Source: Bacteroidales bacterium UBA5429
Lineage (GTDB): Bacteria; Bacteroidota; Bacteroidia; Bacteroidales; WCHB1-69
Assembly (NCBI GenBank): GCA_002427605.1
Contig: DIRT01000037.1
Span: 20,073 to 84,072 of the forward strand
Direction of reading: 5' to 3'
Length of the DNA: 64,000 nucleotides
The translations under genes were made by a program, and so were the position numbers. The first letter of the stretch is position 1. Each line of letters begins with the position of its first letter. The notes below the pieces were generated by a model that saw nothing but the letters and a program-made list of their open reading frames with translations, did not search any database and had not been told where the DNA came from. This document shows, piece after piece, positions 27,317-37,087 of the stretch.

Positions 27317-28813
27317 TTATTCACTGCTTTTTTGGATATCATTCATAATTGTATTGACACCTAGAAACTCGGCACAAGTAATGATGGACCCGATACTTAC
27401 CCCTAAAAAACCGTGAGAATTAATATTTTGTCCGGTTAAAAAGAGATTGGGGATCTTCGTTCTTTGCGATACCAAAGTTTGTACGGGGAAGTTGCAATCC
27501 CGTTGAATACCGAAAAGAGAACCATTCTTGGTTCCGGTATAGTCGCGGTAAGTTAAAGGGGTAGAAATATTGTAGTACGCAATATTCTCTTTAATTTCGG
27601 GGTAGTGCTGTTGCAAAAGTTGAATCATTTTCTCTGCTTTTCCCTCTTTGAACTCGATGTAATCTTCACCTCTTTTACCAACGGTAGTGTGTTCCCATTT
27701 TTTGACTTCATCAAATGAGAGATAAGAGGAGATCTGTGCACTATTCGCAAAAGGACCATCTCCCTCGCGGGCTTGCATCATATAGAGGAAACTTTTGGGC
27801 CACTCCGGAAGTTTATAATCCTGGGCGTACCATACTGAATCACCTTCAAAATGGTAATGATTGTAGTTGAGATAGGGAACAGAATTAGGTTTAAATCCAA
27901 GATAGATAGTCATGTTAGAAGCAGTGTTTTCCATATTTTGAATCCGTGTTCTATATGCATTGCGAATGAGGTGTGATTCGATCAAATCAACCGTGTTGGC
28001 AGGGTGAATATTGGAGATAAACTGCTTGGCTTCAAACTGTTCACCCCATTTAGTTAGTACGGAAACAGCTTCTGTATGGTTACAAATAATCTTTTCTATC
28101 TTACAGTTTTTATAGATTACTCCTCCATTATTTTCAATCGATTTGGCTAAACTTTCAATAATGGTATGACTGCCGTCTACCAGTCGCCAGGCACTACTAA
28201 TGTAGGAGTGGAGCGTTAACGCATGCACATACACCGGTGTTTTATCCGGATAACCTGCATAAAGGGTGTTTGTAGCAGCTAATATGTTTTGTAATACAGG
28301 ATCATCAGTAAAGGAAGCGATAAAGCTACCCACACTCTTTTTGATAAAATCGGACTCAATAAAAGTGGTTTGATTGATCTCTTGTAGGTTGTATAGAGGT
28401 GAAGCATGAGCAATTCGCTGGATCTCTTGAATATAGTTGCGAATTCCTTCCCGTTCTTTTGGAAAATATTGGGATAGTTGTTCTATAAAGTTTTCATATC
28501 CCATGGCATAACCATACTCTTTGCCACCCAATGTGATTTTTTCAAATCGATTTTCATCTAGCTTTCGTAACTCAACATCTTTGAGGATGTCGAAATAGGT
28601 AAACAGTTTATGCAAAATTTCTCCTTCTCCCAATCCTCCAAGATAATGCATCCCGGTATCGAAGGTGTACCCATTCCGCTTAAACACTTGCAAACATCCT
28701 CCCAATTGGTGATGTTGTTCAAAAAGTGCCACTTTATAGCCATGTTTACTGAGAGTATAGCCACAAAGTAAGCCACCCAAGCCGGTTCCGATAATAATTA
28801 CATCATACTTCAT
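27317..28813 (-). CDS. FAD-dependent oxidoreductase, phytoene-desaturase (CrtI)-like
   Basis: DVIIIGTGLGGL...FEQHHQLGGC dinucleotide fold, about 500 aa. Confidence 0.8.
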   Translation of the reverse strand: MKYDVIIIGTGLGGLLCGYTLSKHGYKVALFEQHHQLGGCLQVFKRNGYTFDTGMHYLGGLGEGEILHKLFTYFDILKDVELRKLDENRFEKITLGGKEYGYAMGYENFIEQLSQYFPKEREGIRNYIQEIQRIAHASPLYNLQEINQTTFIESDFIKKSVGSFIASFTDDPVLQNILAATNTLYAGYPDKTPVYVHALTLHSYISSAWRLVDGSHTIIESLAKSIENNGGVIYKNCKIEKIICNHTEAVSVLTKWGEQFEAKQFISNIHPANTVDLIESHLIRNAYRTRIQNMENTASNMTIYLGFKPNSVPYLNYNHYHFEGDSVWYAQDYKLPEWPKSFLYMMQAREGDGPFANSAQISSYLSFDEVKKWEHTTVGKRGEDYIEFKEGKAEKMIQLLQQHYPEIKENIAYYNISTPLTYRDYTGTKNGSLFGIQRDCNFPVQTLVSQRTKIPNLFLTGQNINSHGFLGVSIGSIITCAEFLGVNTIMNDIQKSSE

Positions 28814-31800
28814 TTTTGACTATTAAGAGATTGAACATCAATTTCGAGATCAAATTGGATATCAGTACCAGGCATAGAAAGATGCAAGTTTGCAGGGATA
28901 TTGAGCCCATTTTGTAAAATAGAGCGATGCTCTTCCTCCCCCCCAATTATATAAATATCTAAATAAGGATGCACCTTAGCAGCCAAATAGGGAAGCTCTC
29001 CGTAACCCACATTGGTCATCTTTATGGTCTGATAATCACCCATTTGAGTAATGATATCCTGATAATTATTGTTATTTTTCAAGTTTCGTTTCACCCTTCT
29101 TTCGATACTGTAACCCTTGTAAATATATTGCGCAGCAACCCATTTAGACCAGTAGTGAACAGTTTCTATTTCATTAGCCAATGCGGCGTAAGAGGTGTTG
29201 AAGCGTTGACGCATCTGTTTCGTAATTTCTTGGTATGTTCCCATTTTTTGGCACTCCTGATAGGGAATCCGATCTCCAACTTGAAGTGTAATCTTTCCTG
29301 TACGTAACAGAATCTCCTTTTTAGACAGGATATGACCAAATCCGTGCAGCGTAATGGGGAGCAGATCCAGTTGTAATTCCTGAGCGAGATAAAACGCTCC
29401 TTTGTGGAAACGATTGATAGAGCAATCTTCGGAACGAGTTCCTTCAGGGAAAATCAGAATCAAATAGCCTGCGTTAACAATTTTACGCAGGGGCTCAACA
29501 CTTTGCTCAATGTTTTCCGTGATGGGATAAAAATCAGCAAAACGCAAAGGTAAAGCATAAAAAGGTAGATTCCACGCCCACTTATTGGTCAACGCAATGA
29601 TGTTGGGATGAAGTCCCAATATAGCGGTTAAGTCAATGTGCGACTGGTGATTAGCAATAATAATCGCAGGTTTCTTGAATTTTTCCGGATCATTACCGCG
29701 AATATCGAACCGGACTCCGGGAATCCGCTTGGTGCAGGTATATGAAATAGCTCTGAAAAATCGATGATAAAGCTCTTTCCTTTTCGCTTTGGGTGCAAAT
29801 GGAATCATCATGATTGGAATCATGAGATTGAGCGCCAGTGAGCCTAAAACAAACCAGGTGAATGAGTAGATGGTGTTCAGATAATCCAGTAAAGTAACCG
29901 GTTGGATACGCGGTTTCCCCTTCTTGTAAATCATCCAGTTGAAAACCAAAGGTGTTACCGTGTACGTCATAATCACGACGCTGATCATCCCGATAATACT
30001 CACCTGTGCCAAAGAACGCATGGCAGGGTGTTTGCTGATAATCAGCGTGCCAATGCCGACCAACATCGTAAATGCCGAAAGAATCACAGAGGTTTTATAG
30101 GAAGTCAACAGTTCCTTCTTATGTGCATATTTTTGCACCATGCCTTCCATCATGAAGATGGCGTAGTCGTCTCCCAATCCGAAAATAAAGGTCGCCAGAA
30201 TGATATTGACAATATTGAAAGGAATATTGAAAATGCCCATCAGTCCTAAAATCCAGATCCAACCAATTCCCATAGGTAGGAAAGTGATGAGTGCCAGCTC
30301 GATACGACCAAAAGAGATCAACAGAAAAAAGGAAACCAACAGGGCGCAGACAAAAAGTACAAGGTTAAAATCCTCGTAGAGAATTGACACCATCGATTCA
30401 TTGCTCATGGTTCTGTTGAAAAGGAGCGTATTTTCAAAGCGAGATAAGGGAGAATCGGCTAATTCTTCAGGATCCACAGTGGGGTAGAGTAGTGTGATAA
30501 TCGCTACTTTGCCCTCTTTTTCGATAATATAATCATCCAATAATCTCTTTTGCAAGCCTGAAATATCGATCTGTTCTACCTCGAAAGGGGTATTGATCAT
30601 ATCCACAAAATGGTCAAAAGTATGGGCATGAAAACCTAAATCTGTACTACTTTTTTCAATTGCATTACTTGTTTCTTCTCTATGAGCTTCCCAAAATTGG
30701 TTCCATTGTTCTACTTGAGCGCGATTCCGTTTTTCGGAGTGCATCAAGGTTCCAATGCCCTGAATATGTTTAAAATAACCCAATTGATTCATCGAATCTA
30801 AAGTAGGGTAGAGCGTTTCATATTGTTGAAGCGCTTGTTCTAAATTGGGCGCATGCGTAACCAGGTAAAGGTATGGTTGGTTGGTATTGGTAACTCTGCT
30901 AATCTCTTCCAAATCCCCTTTTTGTTCAGGCGTCATATAACTCAAATTACTAAAATTGACATCGAACTGAACACGTTGCGAGTAGTATCCGAAGATGAGT
31001 GTCAAGATCAGAATGACAAGTCCGAGATAGGGGAGTTTTTCTATTCGGGAAGAAGCAATTCGGTTCCAGAATCGCTCTGATCGATTAGGTTTTCTTTCTT
31101 TTTTTATTTGTTTTTTAAAAAAGGGGGGAAGGAAAATCAAAACAAAAAGCAAAGTTCCTGCCAGAGTAAGTGCAGAAAATAGCCCAAAGTCCTTGAGTGC
31201 ATCAGATTTGATAAAGAGTAAACTCAAAAAGGCACCTATAGTCGTTATACTTCCGACAGTGAGTGGAAACCAAATTTCTCGCGTGGTCTGATCAGGATCA
31301 CCGGTATCCTTAAAGTGGATGATAAAGTGGAGCGAGTAGTTCAGTGCAATTCCAAAAATAGCGGAACCGGCACCAATCGCAATGGTTGAAATGCTCCCTT
31401 TCAGAAATACAAAGGCGGCTAGGCTGAAAAGTGCTCCAAAAATCACCGGAACAACCAGCAAGATGAGGTGAGTAAAGCGTCTCAAATAGCGGTATAGCAC
31501 AAAAAGGATGATCAGTAAAGCGACTACCATGGAGATAGCGCTATCTTTTTTAATCTGTTGGGCATTTGATACACTGACCGGAATGGCTCCAAAAAACGAG
31601 GAGCGATATTGATCTTTAGTTTCAACATGAAATTGCTCCATTTCCTTTTCGATTAACTCCACAAAATGATCATTCTCTTTGGTCTCAGAAATCGCGTTTT
31701 TAGCCACAACCATCATGAAGATCTGATCCTGTTCAGGGGATAGTAAATAGCCTGTTTCAGTGCTAAAGTTCTGAAATTCACCCAGTTTTTGTAATTTTTG

Positions 31801-32352
31801 CAATGTGGGAACAGAGAGATGGAGCGGATCTTTGACAATATTCTCTTTCAGAAAGCCACCTGAAGGGAGTACTAAAAGTTCCTTGTTGCGACTCATCTGC
31901 TCCGGGATGAAAGAGTTGTCTAACTTTTTCTTTAACTCCTCCAGTTCCTCTTGTGAAGCGTATATGGGAAGGTGATTCAATATTACATTTTGAACCTCAC
32001 TGACACTCTCCTGGTCAATCTGATAGATGATTTCTGTGATATAACGATCACCCAAGGCTGCTATCTGTTCGTGTAAAATTTCAATCCCCTCGATTAGCGC
32101 ATCAATGGTGTCTTCAGAAGCTTGATTTAATTTGAGCGAGAAAATAAGTTTATTGGATAGCTTGTTGTTCTCATACACAAAGTTAACCAGCTCGGTTTCT
32201 TTACTATGAGGCAGGAAGCTGGAAATATCTTCTTTAAAACTGATCTTCTTAATAACTAAAAAGAAGCAAAGCACTACAATAGTTAAAAAGGAGAAAAAAA
32301 AGAGTGGTTTTTTTCTAAAATATTGACTACATGCAGTGAGAATTTGTTTCAT
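28810..32352 (-). CDS. MMPL/RND-type exporter fused to a lysophospholipid acyltransferase and a methyltransferase-like tail
   Basis: Two 6-TM bundles, then ANHQSHIDL (HX4D) and FPEGTRS acyltransferase motifs, then C-terminal VGYGELPYLAAKVHPYLDIYIIGGEEE resembling a degenerate SAM-MTase motif I/II. Confidence 0.8.
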   Translation of the reverse strand: MKQILTACSQYFRKKPLFFFSFLTIVVLCFFLVIKKISFKEDISSFLPHSKETELVNFVYENNKLSNKLIFSLKLNQASEDTIDALIEGIEILHEQIAALGDRYITEIIYQIDQESVSEVQNVILNHLPIYASQEELEELKKKLDNSFIPEQMSRNKELLVLPSGGFLKENIVKDPLHLSVPTLQKLQKLGEFQNFSTETGYLLSPEQDQIFMMVVAKNAISETKENDHFVELIEKEMEQFHVETKDQYRSSFFGAIPVSVSNAQQIKKDSAISMVVALLIILFVLYRYLRRFTHLILLVVPVIFGALFSLAAFVFLKGSISTIAIGAGSAIFGIALNYSLHFIIHFKDTGDPDQTTREIWFPLTVGSITTIGAFLSLLFIKSDALKDFGLFSALTLAGTLLFVLIFLPPFFKKQIKKERKPNRSERFWNRIASSRIEKLPYLGLVILILTLIFGYYSQRVQFDVNFSNLSYMTPEQKGDLEEISRVTNTNQPYLYLVTHAPNLEQALQQYETLYPTLDSMNQLGYFKHIQGIGTLMHSEKRNRAQVEQWNQFWEAHREETSNAIEKSSTDLGFHAHTFDHFVDMINTPFEVEQIDISGLQKRLLDDYIIEKEGKVAIITLLYPTVDPEELADSPLSRFENTLLFNRTMSNESMVSILYEDFNLVLFVCALLVSFFLLISFGRIELALITFLPMGIGWIWILGLMGIFNIPFNIVNIILATFIFGLGDDYAIFMMEGMVQKYAHKKELLTSYKTSVILSAFTMLVGIGTLIISKHPAMRSLAQVSIIGMISVVIMTYTVTPLVFNWMIYKKGKPRIQPVTLLDYLNTIYSFTWFVLGSLALNLMIPIMMIPFAPKAKRKELYHRFFRAISYTCTKRIPGVRFDIRGNDPEKFKKPAIIIANHQSHIDLTAILGLHPNIIALTNKWAWNLPFYALPLRFADFYPITENIEQSVEPLRKIVNAGYLILIFPEGTRSEDCSINRFHKGAFYLAQELQLDLLPITLHGFGHILSKKEILLRTGKITLQVGDRIPYQECQKMGTYQEITKQMRQRFNTSYAALANEIETVHYWSKWVAAQYIYKGYSIERRVKRNLKNNNNYQDIITQMGDYQTIKMTNVGYGELPYLAAKVHPYLDIYIIGGEEEHRSILQNGLNIPANLHLSMPGTDIQFDLEIDVQSLNSQK

Positions 32353-32380
32353 AGCTTTCTTATTTGGGGTTTACAAAGGA

Positions 32381-33184
32381 TCAACTCTCCTTTTTAGGAT
32401 TACGTTTAAATAGGTTGATGACAAATTGCAACCCTTTTTTTGGATAAAAATAGATCAAAGCGAGCAAAGTGAGGAGCGTATTAAGCAGAGAGATTCTTGC
32501 AAAATCGACAAAAGGTCTGAAATGAGTTACCCGGATATCTTTTGGGGGATAATAAACGTGGATGGGAATGTCAATAACCTTCACTCCACGCCACACATTT
32601 CTGACTAAGATCTCCAGTTCGAAATTGTATCGGTCTGTAAACCAGCGTTTCTTTTCAAAAACAAAGAGTGGATAGTACCGGAATCCCGATTGGGTATCAG
32701 GAAGTGGAATTGCGGTTTGTAATTTAAACCAAAAGTTGGAAAAACGATTGGCAAAGCTGTTTTTTTGTGGCATATTTTCATGATCAAATCCGCGACTGCC
32801 AACAATAATCGCCTGAGGATCTAATATTGCTATTTCAACAAAAAGAGCGATATCTTTGGGGTCATGCTGTCCGTCACTATCCATTGTGATGATAGCTTTA
32901 TACCCCAATTTACGCGCTAAAGCGGCACCTTTTTTAAGCGCCGCACCCTTTCCCCGATTGGGGTATTGTTCAATATAGTGAAAAGGAAAATCACCATTTT
33001 TATTTTTAAATTCCTCTATGATCTGTTTAGTGTTATCAGTTGATCCATCGTTAACAACCATAATGGGAATGGGCACAGTGGCAGATTGTTCCAGTACTTT
33101 GCTCAAAAAAGAAGCATGGTTGTACGTTGGAATCAGCAAACAGACTTTTAATTCCGCAATTGTATGTTGTAATTCACTATTCAT
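32381..33184 (-). CDS. GT2 glycosyltransferase, polyprenyl-phosphate type (ArnC/GtrB/DPM1-like) with a C-terminal TM
   Basis: LIPTYNHASFL, VVNDGSTDNT, MDSDGQHDP (DxD), hydrophobic tail. Confidence 0.8.
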   Translation of the reverse strand: MNSELQHTIAELKVCLLIPTYNHASFLSKVLEQSATVPIPIMVVNDGSTDNTKQIIEEFKNKNGDFPFHYIEQYPNRGKGAALKKGAALARKLGYKAIITMDSDGQHDPKDIALFVEIAILDPQAIIVGSRGFDHENMPQKNSFANRFSNFWFKLQTAIPLPDTQSGFRYYPLFVFEKKRWFTDRYNFELEILVRNVWRGVKVIDIPIHVYYPPKDIRVTHFRPFVDFARISLLNTLLTLLALIYFYPKKGLQFVINLFKRNPKKES

Positions 33185-33557
33185 TATGATATTCGTAGTA
33201 GAATTCTGCCTTGGTCAGCAATTCACTCTCTTGAGATCTTAAGTCTATTTTGGCGTAAGGACGCTCATTTTTGGTTGTGATCTGCATTTGAACAAGGACA
33301 GTAGGAGTAACTTTTGGGTCAATAGGTGCAATATATTTTATTTGAGGTATTTCTCTGATGATGATATTTTTATTTAATCTATGTTTAATTAGAGTTTTGA
33401 AAATATAAATGAGATAAGCTCCCGGAACTATGGGCTGTCCGGGGAAATGTGCCTCGAAAACAGGATGAGTCAGATCAAAACTAACCTCACACATAGAGAG
33501 AGGATCCGAATTGGGATCAAGATTGTTAAAGTCGAACAGATCGCTAAAAGATTCCAT
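33177..33557 (-). CDS. hot-dog fold dehydratase (FabA/FabZ-like)
   Basis: HFPGQPIVPGAYLI motif. Confidence 0.7.
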   Translation of the reverse strand: MESFSDLFDFNNLDPNSDPLSMCEVSFDLTHPVFEAHFPGQPIVPGAYLIYIFKTLIKHRLNKNIIIREIPQIKYIAPIDPKVTPTVLVQMQITTKNERPYAKIDLRSQESELLTKAEFYYEYHNE

Positions 33558-33563
33558 AAGTTG

Positions 33564-34244
33564 TTATTTTTTTAGTATAAATAGTTGATTGTCAATAGGA
33601 GTATTAACTTTCATTTTGCTGAATTGAATGGTGGTACTATCCCCGTTCTGGTCCAGCATAACAAATTGAGTGGCTAACATCTCCTTCTTATCGATAACCA
33701 AAGTGATTTTTTGAATAAATTTCTTTAAGTTTCTATTTTTAGGGGTCAAAGTAACCCGGTATGAATTGCTGTTTTTCTCCAAAAGTATACTGAAATCCTT
33801 CTGATTCTCAAATATGGAACCATTGATTGAGCTTTGAACCAATTTGGAAATCTCTTCATACAAGCGGACACTGTTGTCTTTAATCACTCTGACAGAATCA
33901 CCGGTTTGAGTGTAAATCTTCGATCCGCTTTGAGCAAAAATAAAGCGTGGATTAGCAGTGTATTCCCAGCGGAATTGCTTCTCCTTTTTGTAGTACATTA
34001 CTCCTTTAAGCACTGATTTTTCCTTGAGAACACTAACCTCCTTGGTTTGTACGAAATCAGAACTAACGGTTTGTAACTGTGCCGTTTTTGACCGAATCTC
34101 TTTGATGACAGCGGGAACCTGTGTATCAGGTATTTTCTTGTAATCTGCTTGAGCAAAGAGTACACCGGAAAAGATGAAGGTCGATAATATGAAAATCACT
34201 GTTTTTTTCATTGGAACATTATTTTTGAACAACCAGAAAAACAC
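33564..34244 (-). CDS. LolA-like outer-membrane lipoprotein carrier
   Basis: Signal peptide, about 200-aa beta-rich protein with the DFVQTKEVSVLKEKSVLKGVMYYKK pattern; standard partner of MMPL in aryl-polyene clusters. Confidence 0.6.
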   Translation of the reverse strand: MFFWLFKNNVPMKKTVIFILSTFIFSGVLFAQADYKKIPDTQVPAVIKEIRSKTAQLQTVSSDFVQTKEVSVLKEKSVLKGVMYYKKEKQFRWEYTANPRFIFAQSGSKIYTQTGDSVRVIKDNSVRLYEEISKLVQSSINGSIFENQKDFSILLEKNSNSYRVTLTPKNRNLKKFIQKITLVIDKKEMLATQFVMLDQNGDSTTIQFSKMKVNTPIDNQLFILKK

Positions 34245-34575
34245 CGACTATGATCACCAATACTCCAATCCATCGGGTGAGTGGGATCGTTTCGTGGAAA
34301 ACAAATCGAGCGGCTAATACTCCGAAAATATAACTGATACTGATCAGCGGATAAGCCATACTAAAATCAAAACGTTTTAATACAAAAAACCAGATCAATG
34401 TAGCAGCTGCTATGGTTAGACCACTCATTGCAAAACTGAGATTGGTAAACACATTTTTAAAAAAATGGAAACTCCACTGAAACGGCCCAAATGCAATTAA
34501 TGCTTTCTTCAAAAATATCTGAGAAGCAGCCAATAGGGCAGATTGTAGTGTAACTAATGATATTAATTTGAACAT
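34219..34575 (-). CDS. small 4-TM DMT/EamA (ArnE-like) membrane protein
   Basis: 118 aa, four hydrophobic helices. Confidence 0.5.
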   Translation of the reverse strand: MFKLISLVTLQSALLAASQIFLKKALIAFGPFQWSFHFFKNVFTNLSFAMSGLTIAAATLIWFFVLKRFDFSMAYPLISISYIFGVLAARFVFHETIPLTRWIGVLVIIVGVFLVVQK

Positions 34576-35627
34576 ACGGATAATAAAATTAAAGCATGTG
34601 TGCTGTTTTTATAGTGATTGTGAAATAAAATATGTCGAATTTTATTTTTTTTGTTCTCTTTTCTAAATAAAAGCGGTTCGATGTTTTGATTTTTTAACAC
34701 CTTCGCTGACTGTATTAGTCCAAATCCGGATGAGGTAAAGAAGTCTCCTGATAAGTGTCTGTATATGAGTTGAGTAGGATTGTTTTCTCCCTCTGTATAT
34801 AGCTTGTCATACACGGCATCATTCTTCATCTCTCCATTGATTCCCGACATCACCGCGTCAATTTCTGATAATGTGAGACCATTTTTATCTAAAAAGTCCT
34901 CTAGTAGTTCTTCAATGTTGTTATTGTTGCGATGATGAATCAATTGAATATCTTTGATTTCAGCGTAGGTATGCTCATTTTTTTCATTGGATAAAAGCAG
35001 TGAGTTGCAGCCCTCTCCGGCTACAGTTCCGGAGGTTATCGCTTGGTACATATCTTCCATTTGAAAAGGAGTATCTTTCCAAAATCCTACTTTCTTGAGC
35101 ATTAAATGATAATCCGGTGTCATTTCATCACAACCATTGATGAGTGCATTGGAGAGCATTCCCATTTTGATTTGTAGAAAACCGTCAAACAGGGCACTCT
35201 CCAGGGAAATTCCCAGGTGTGAAAAAGTGTTGTTGTAGTTGTAACATTTGAGCATGATCGCAATTTGCGAACTGACGGTGTTGTGCGTAGATTGAATAAA
35301 ATGAGTCGGTTGTAAAAACTGTTCATTCTGCTCAATCATGGCACTCAAAAATTTCTCTGTATCTTCGATACAACCTAATCCGGTACCTGAGATAATCGCA
35401 TCAGGCATCTCAATACCGCCATCTTTTAGCGCAAGTAAAGCACTGACAATCCCTCTCTTGACTACTTTACTCATGCGTCTCAGCAAAGCGGGAGAGATAT
35501 ATTGTGCGAATGGAGGATCAATACAACGTAGATAGTTCTCTTCGCCCCAATCCGGCAGAGCTAATGCGCCTTCTTCCTGTATCGATATGGAACCTACTCC
35601 GTTAATATATACGTTATGCTGTTTCAT
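34563..35627 (-). CDS. ketosynthase-like chain-length-factor partner (no recognisable active-site Cys context)
   Basis: Thiolase-fold N-terminus INGVGSIS...; THFIQSTHNTVSSQIAI where a KS has its catalytic Cys; 4-nt overlap with the upstream KS. Confidence 0.6.
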   Translation of the reverse strand: MKQHNVYINGVGSISIQEEGALALPDWGEENYLRCIDPPFAQYISPALLRRMSKVVKRGIVSALLALKDGGIEMPDAIISGTGLGCIEDTEKFLSAMIEQNEQFLQPTHFIQSTHNTVSSQIAIMLKCYNYNNTFSHLGISLESALFDGFLQIKMGMLSNALINGCDEMTPDYHLMLKKVGFWKDTPFQMEDMYQAITSGTVAGEGCNSLLLSNEKNEHTYAEIKDIQLIHHRNNNNIEELLEDFLDKNGLTLSEIDAVMSGINGEMKNDAVYDKLYTEGENNPTQLIYRHLSGDFFTSSGFGLIQSAKVLKNQNIEPLLFRKENKKNKIRHILFHNHYKNSTHALILLSVCSN

Positions 35628-36820
35628 ATGTTGTTGCTGATAATGATAGAACTATTATTCCCGCCAAATCCAAATGAATTTTTAAGAAAGTGTTGTATAG
35701 GGTGATTGAGCATGTTGCTTTTGATCGGTTCAAAGTTCAGTTCCTCAATTTTATCTTGATAGTTGAGGTTTTGAGGTAAAAATTGATTTTTCATCGCCAG
35801 TATGGAGAGAATAATTTCCACTCCTCCCGCTGCACTGGTAGTATGTCCGGTGAGCGATTTAGTGGAACTGATAGGCGGTACCGGGGTGAAAAGCTGTTGA
35901 ACGGCAATTCCTTCCGAAAGGTCGTTGTTTTGCGTTCCGGTTCCGTGTGCATTGATATAATCAATCTCCTGAGGTTTTAATCCGCTCATTTTGAGAGCTT
36001 TCTGCATGGCTAAAAGAGCTCCTTTCCCATCCGGAGAAGACGCAGTTTGATGGTACGCATCACAGGCGTTACCGTAACCACTAACAAAGCAGATCGGTTT
36101 GACATTCCTTTTGGCTGCGTGCTCTTCCGTTTCCAAAACAAGGTAACCGGCGCCCTCACCTAAAGTGATACCACTCCGATTTTGATCGAATGGTTTGCAA
36201 GGGGTTTTATCCAGAATCATCAAGGTGTTAAAGCCATTGAGATGGAATTTACTCAAACATTCCGCACCTCCTACCACAACGATGTCGAGATAACCTGCTT
36301 TGAGCATATTGGCACCCATAATGAGTGCGTTGGCAGCTGAAGAACAGGCGGTAGAGATGGTGGTACAGAAACAGAAATTGCCGGTGTGTTCTACAATCCC
36401 TTCAGTACAAGCCCCACAATCATGAATGTTGATATATTCGTTGTGCAGATCGTTTTGTAAAAAATCGAGATAAAATTGTTCGCTCTTCTCCATTCCCCCT
36501 ACAGTAGTCCCGGAAATTAATCCGATTTTATGCTTTTCAACCTGCTCAATTTGCGCCTCTTTCAAAGCCTCTCTGACTGCTAAAATGCCAAGTAGGGTAG
36601 TCCGCCCAATGATGCTCTCATCATCGATTTGACACAACTTTTTCAACTCCGCATCACTCAGTTTAACCTCCCCAACCGGAAACTCATGGTGGATGGAGTC
36701 AAGAAACTGCATCTCTCCAATGCCACTCTGAGATTCTAACAAAGAGCGAAGCGTATCCGATTGGTTGTTCCCAATGGCAGAGATAATCCCTAAACCCGTA
36801 ATAGCAATTCGTTGATTCAT
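35624..36820 (-). CDS. beta-ketoacyl-ACP synthase
   Basis: Active-site TACSSAANAL, NAHGTGT, GHTTSAAG. Confidence 0.9.
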   Translation of the reverse strand: MNQRIAITGLGIISAIGNNQSDTLRSLLESQSGIGEMQFLDSIHHEFPVGEVKLSDAELKKLCQIDDESIIGRTTLLGILAVREALKEAQIEQVEKHKIGLISGTTVGGMEKSEQFYLDFLQNDLHNEYINIHDCGACTEGIVEHTGNFCFCTTISTACSSAANALIMGANMLKAGYLDIVVVGGAECLSKFHLNGFNTLMILDKTPCKPFDQNRSGITLGEGAGYLVLETEEHAAKRNVKPICFVSGYGNACDAYHQTASSPDGKGALLAMQKALKMSGLKPQEIDYINAHGTGTQNNDLSEGIAVQQLFTPVPPISSTKSLTGHTTSAAGGVEIILSILAMKNQFLPQNLNYQDKIEELNFEPIKSNMLNHPIQHFLKNSFGFGGNNSSIIISNNI

Positions 36821-37077
36821 TATTTTGTTCTGTGTTCTGTGATATAAGCAGCCATTGTAGCAATGGAAGCAAAAATTTCTCTTCCCTGGTTGGGGTCAGC
36901 CAATTTGATGCCATATTTTTTCTCCATCAACACAATAAGTTCCAATGCGTCAATAGAATCCAAACCCAAACCATCTCCGAAAAGAGGAGCATTTTCATCA
37001 ATATCTTCAGGGGTCATCCCTTCAAAATTCAGTACTTCGATAATTTCTTCTTTAAGTTCTAAAATTAAATCTTTCAT
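36820..37077 (-). CDS. acyl carrier protein
   Basis: LGLDSIDALELI phosphopantetheine site; 85 aa. Confidence 0.9.
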   Translation of the reverse strand: MKDLILELKEEIIEVLNFEGMTPEDIDENAPLFGDGLGLDSIDALELIVLMEKKYGIKLADPNQGREIFASIATMAAYITEHRTK

Positions 37078-37087
37078 GATTGATTTT

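Noticed and set aside
27317-28813. Carotenoid cluster, based on the CrtI-like gene
   Set aside because: There is no phytoene synthase, cyclase or hydroxylase nearby, and the gene is translationally coupled to polyene/FAS-type genes.
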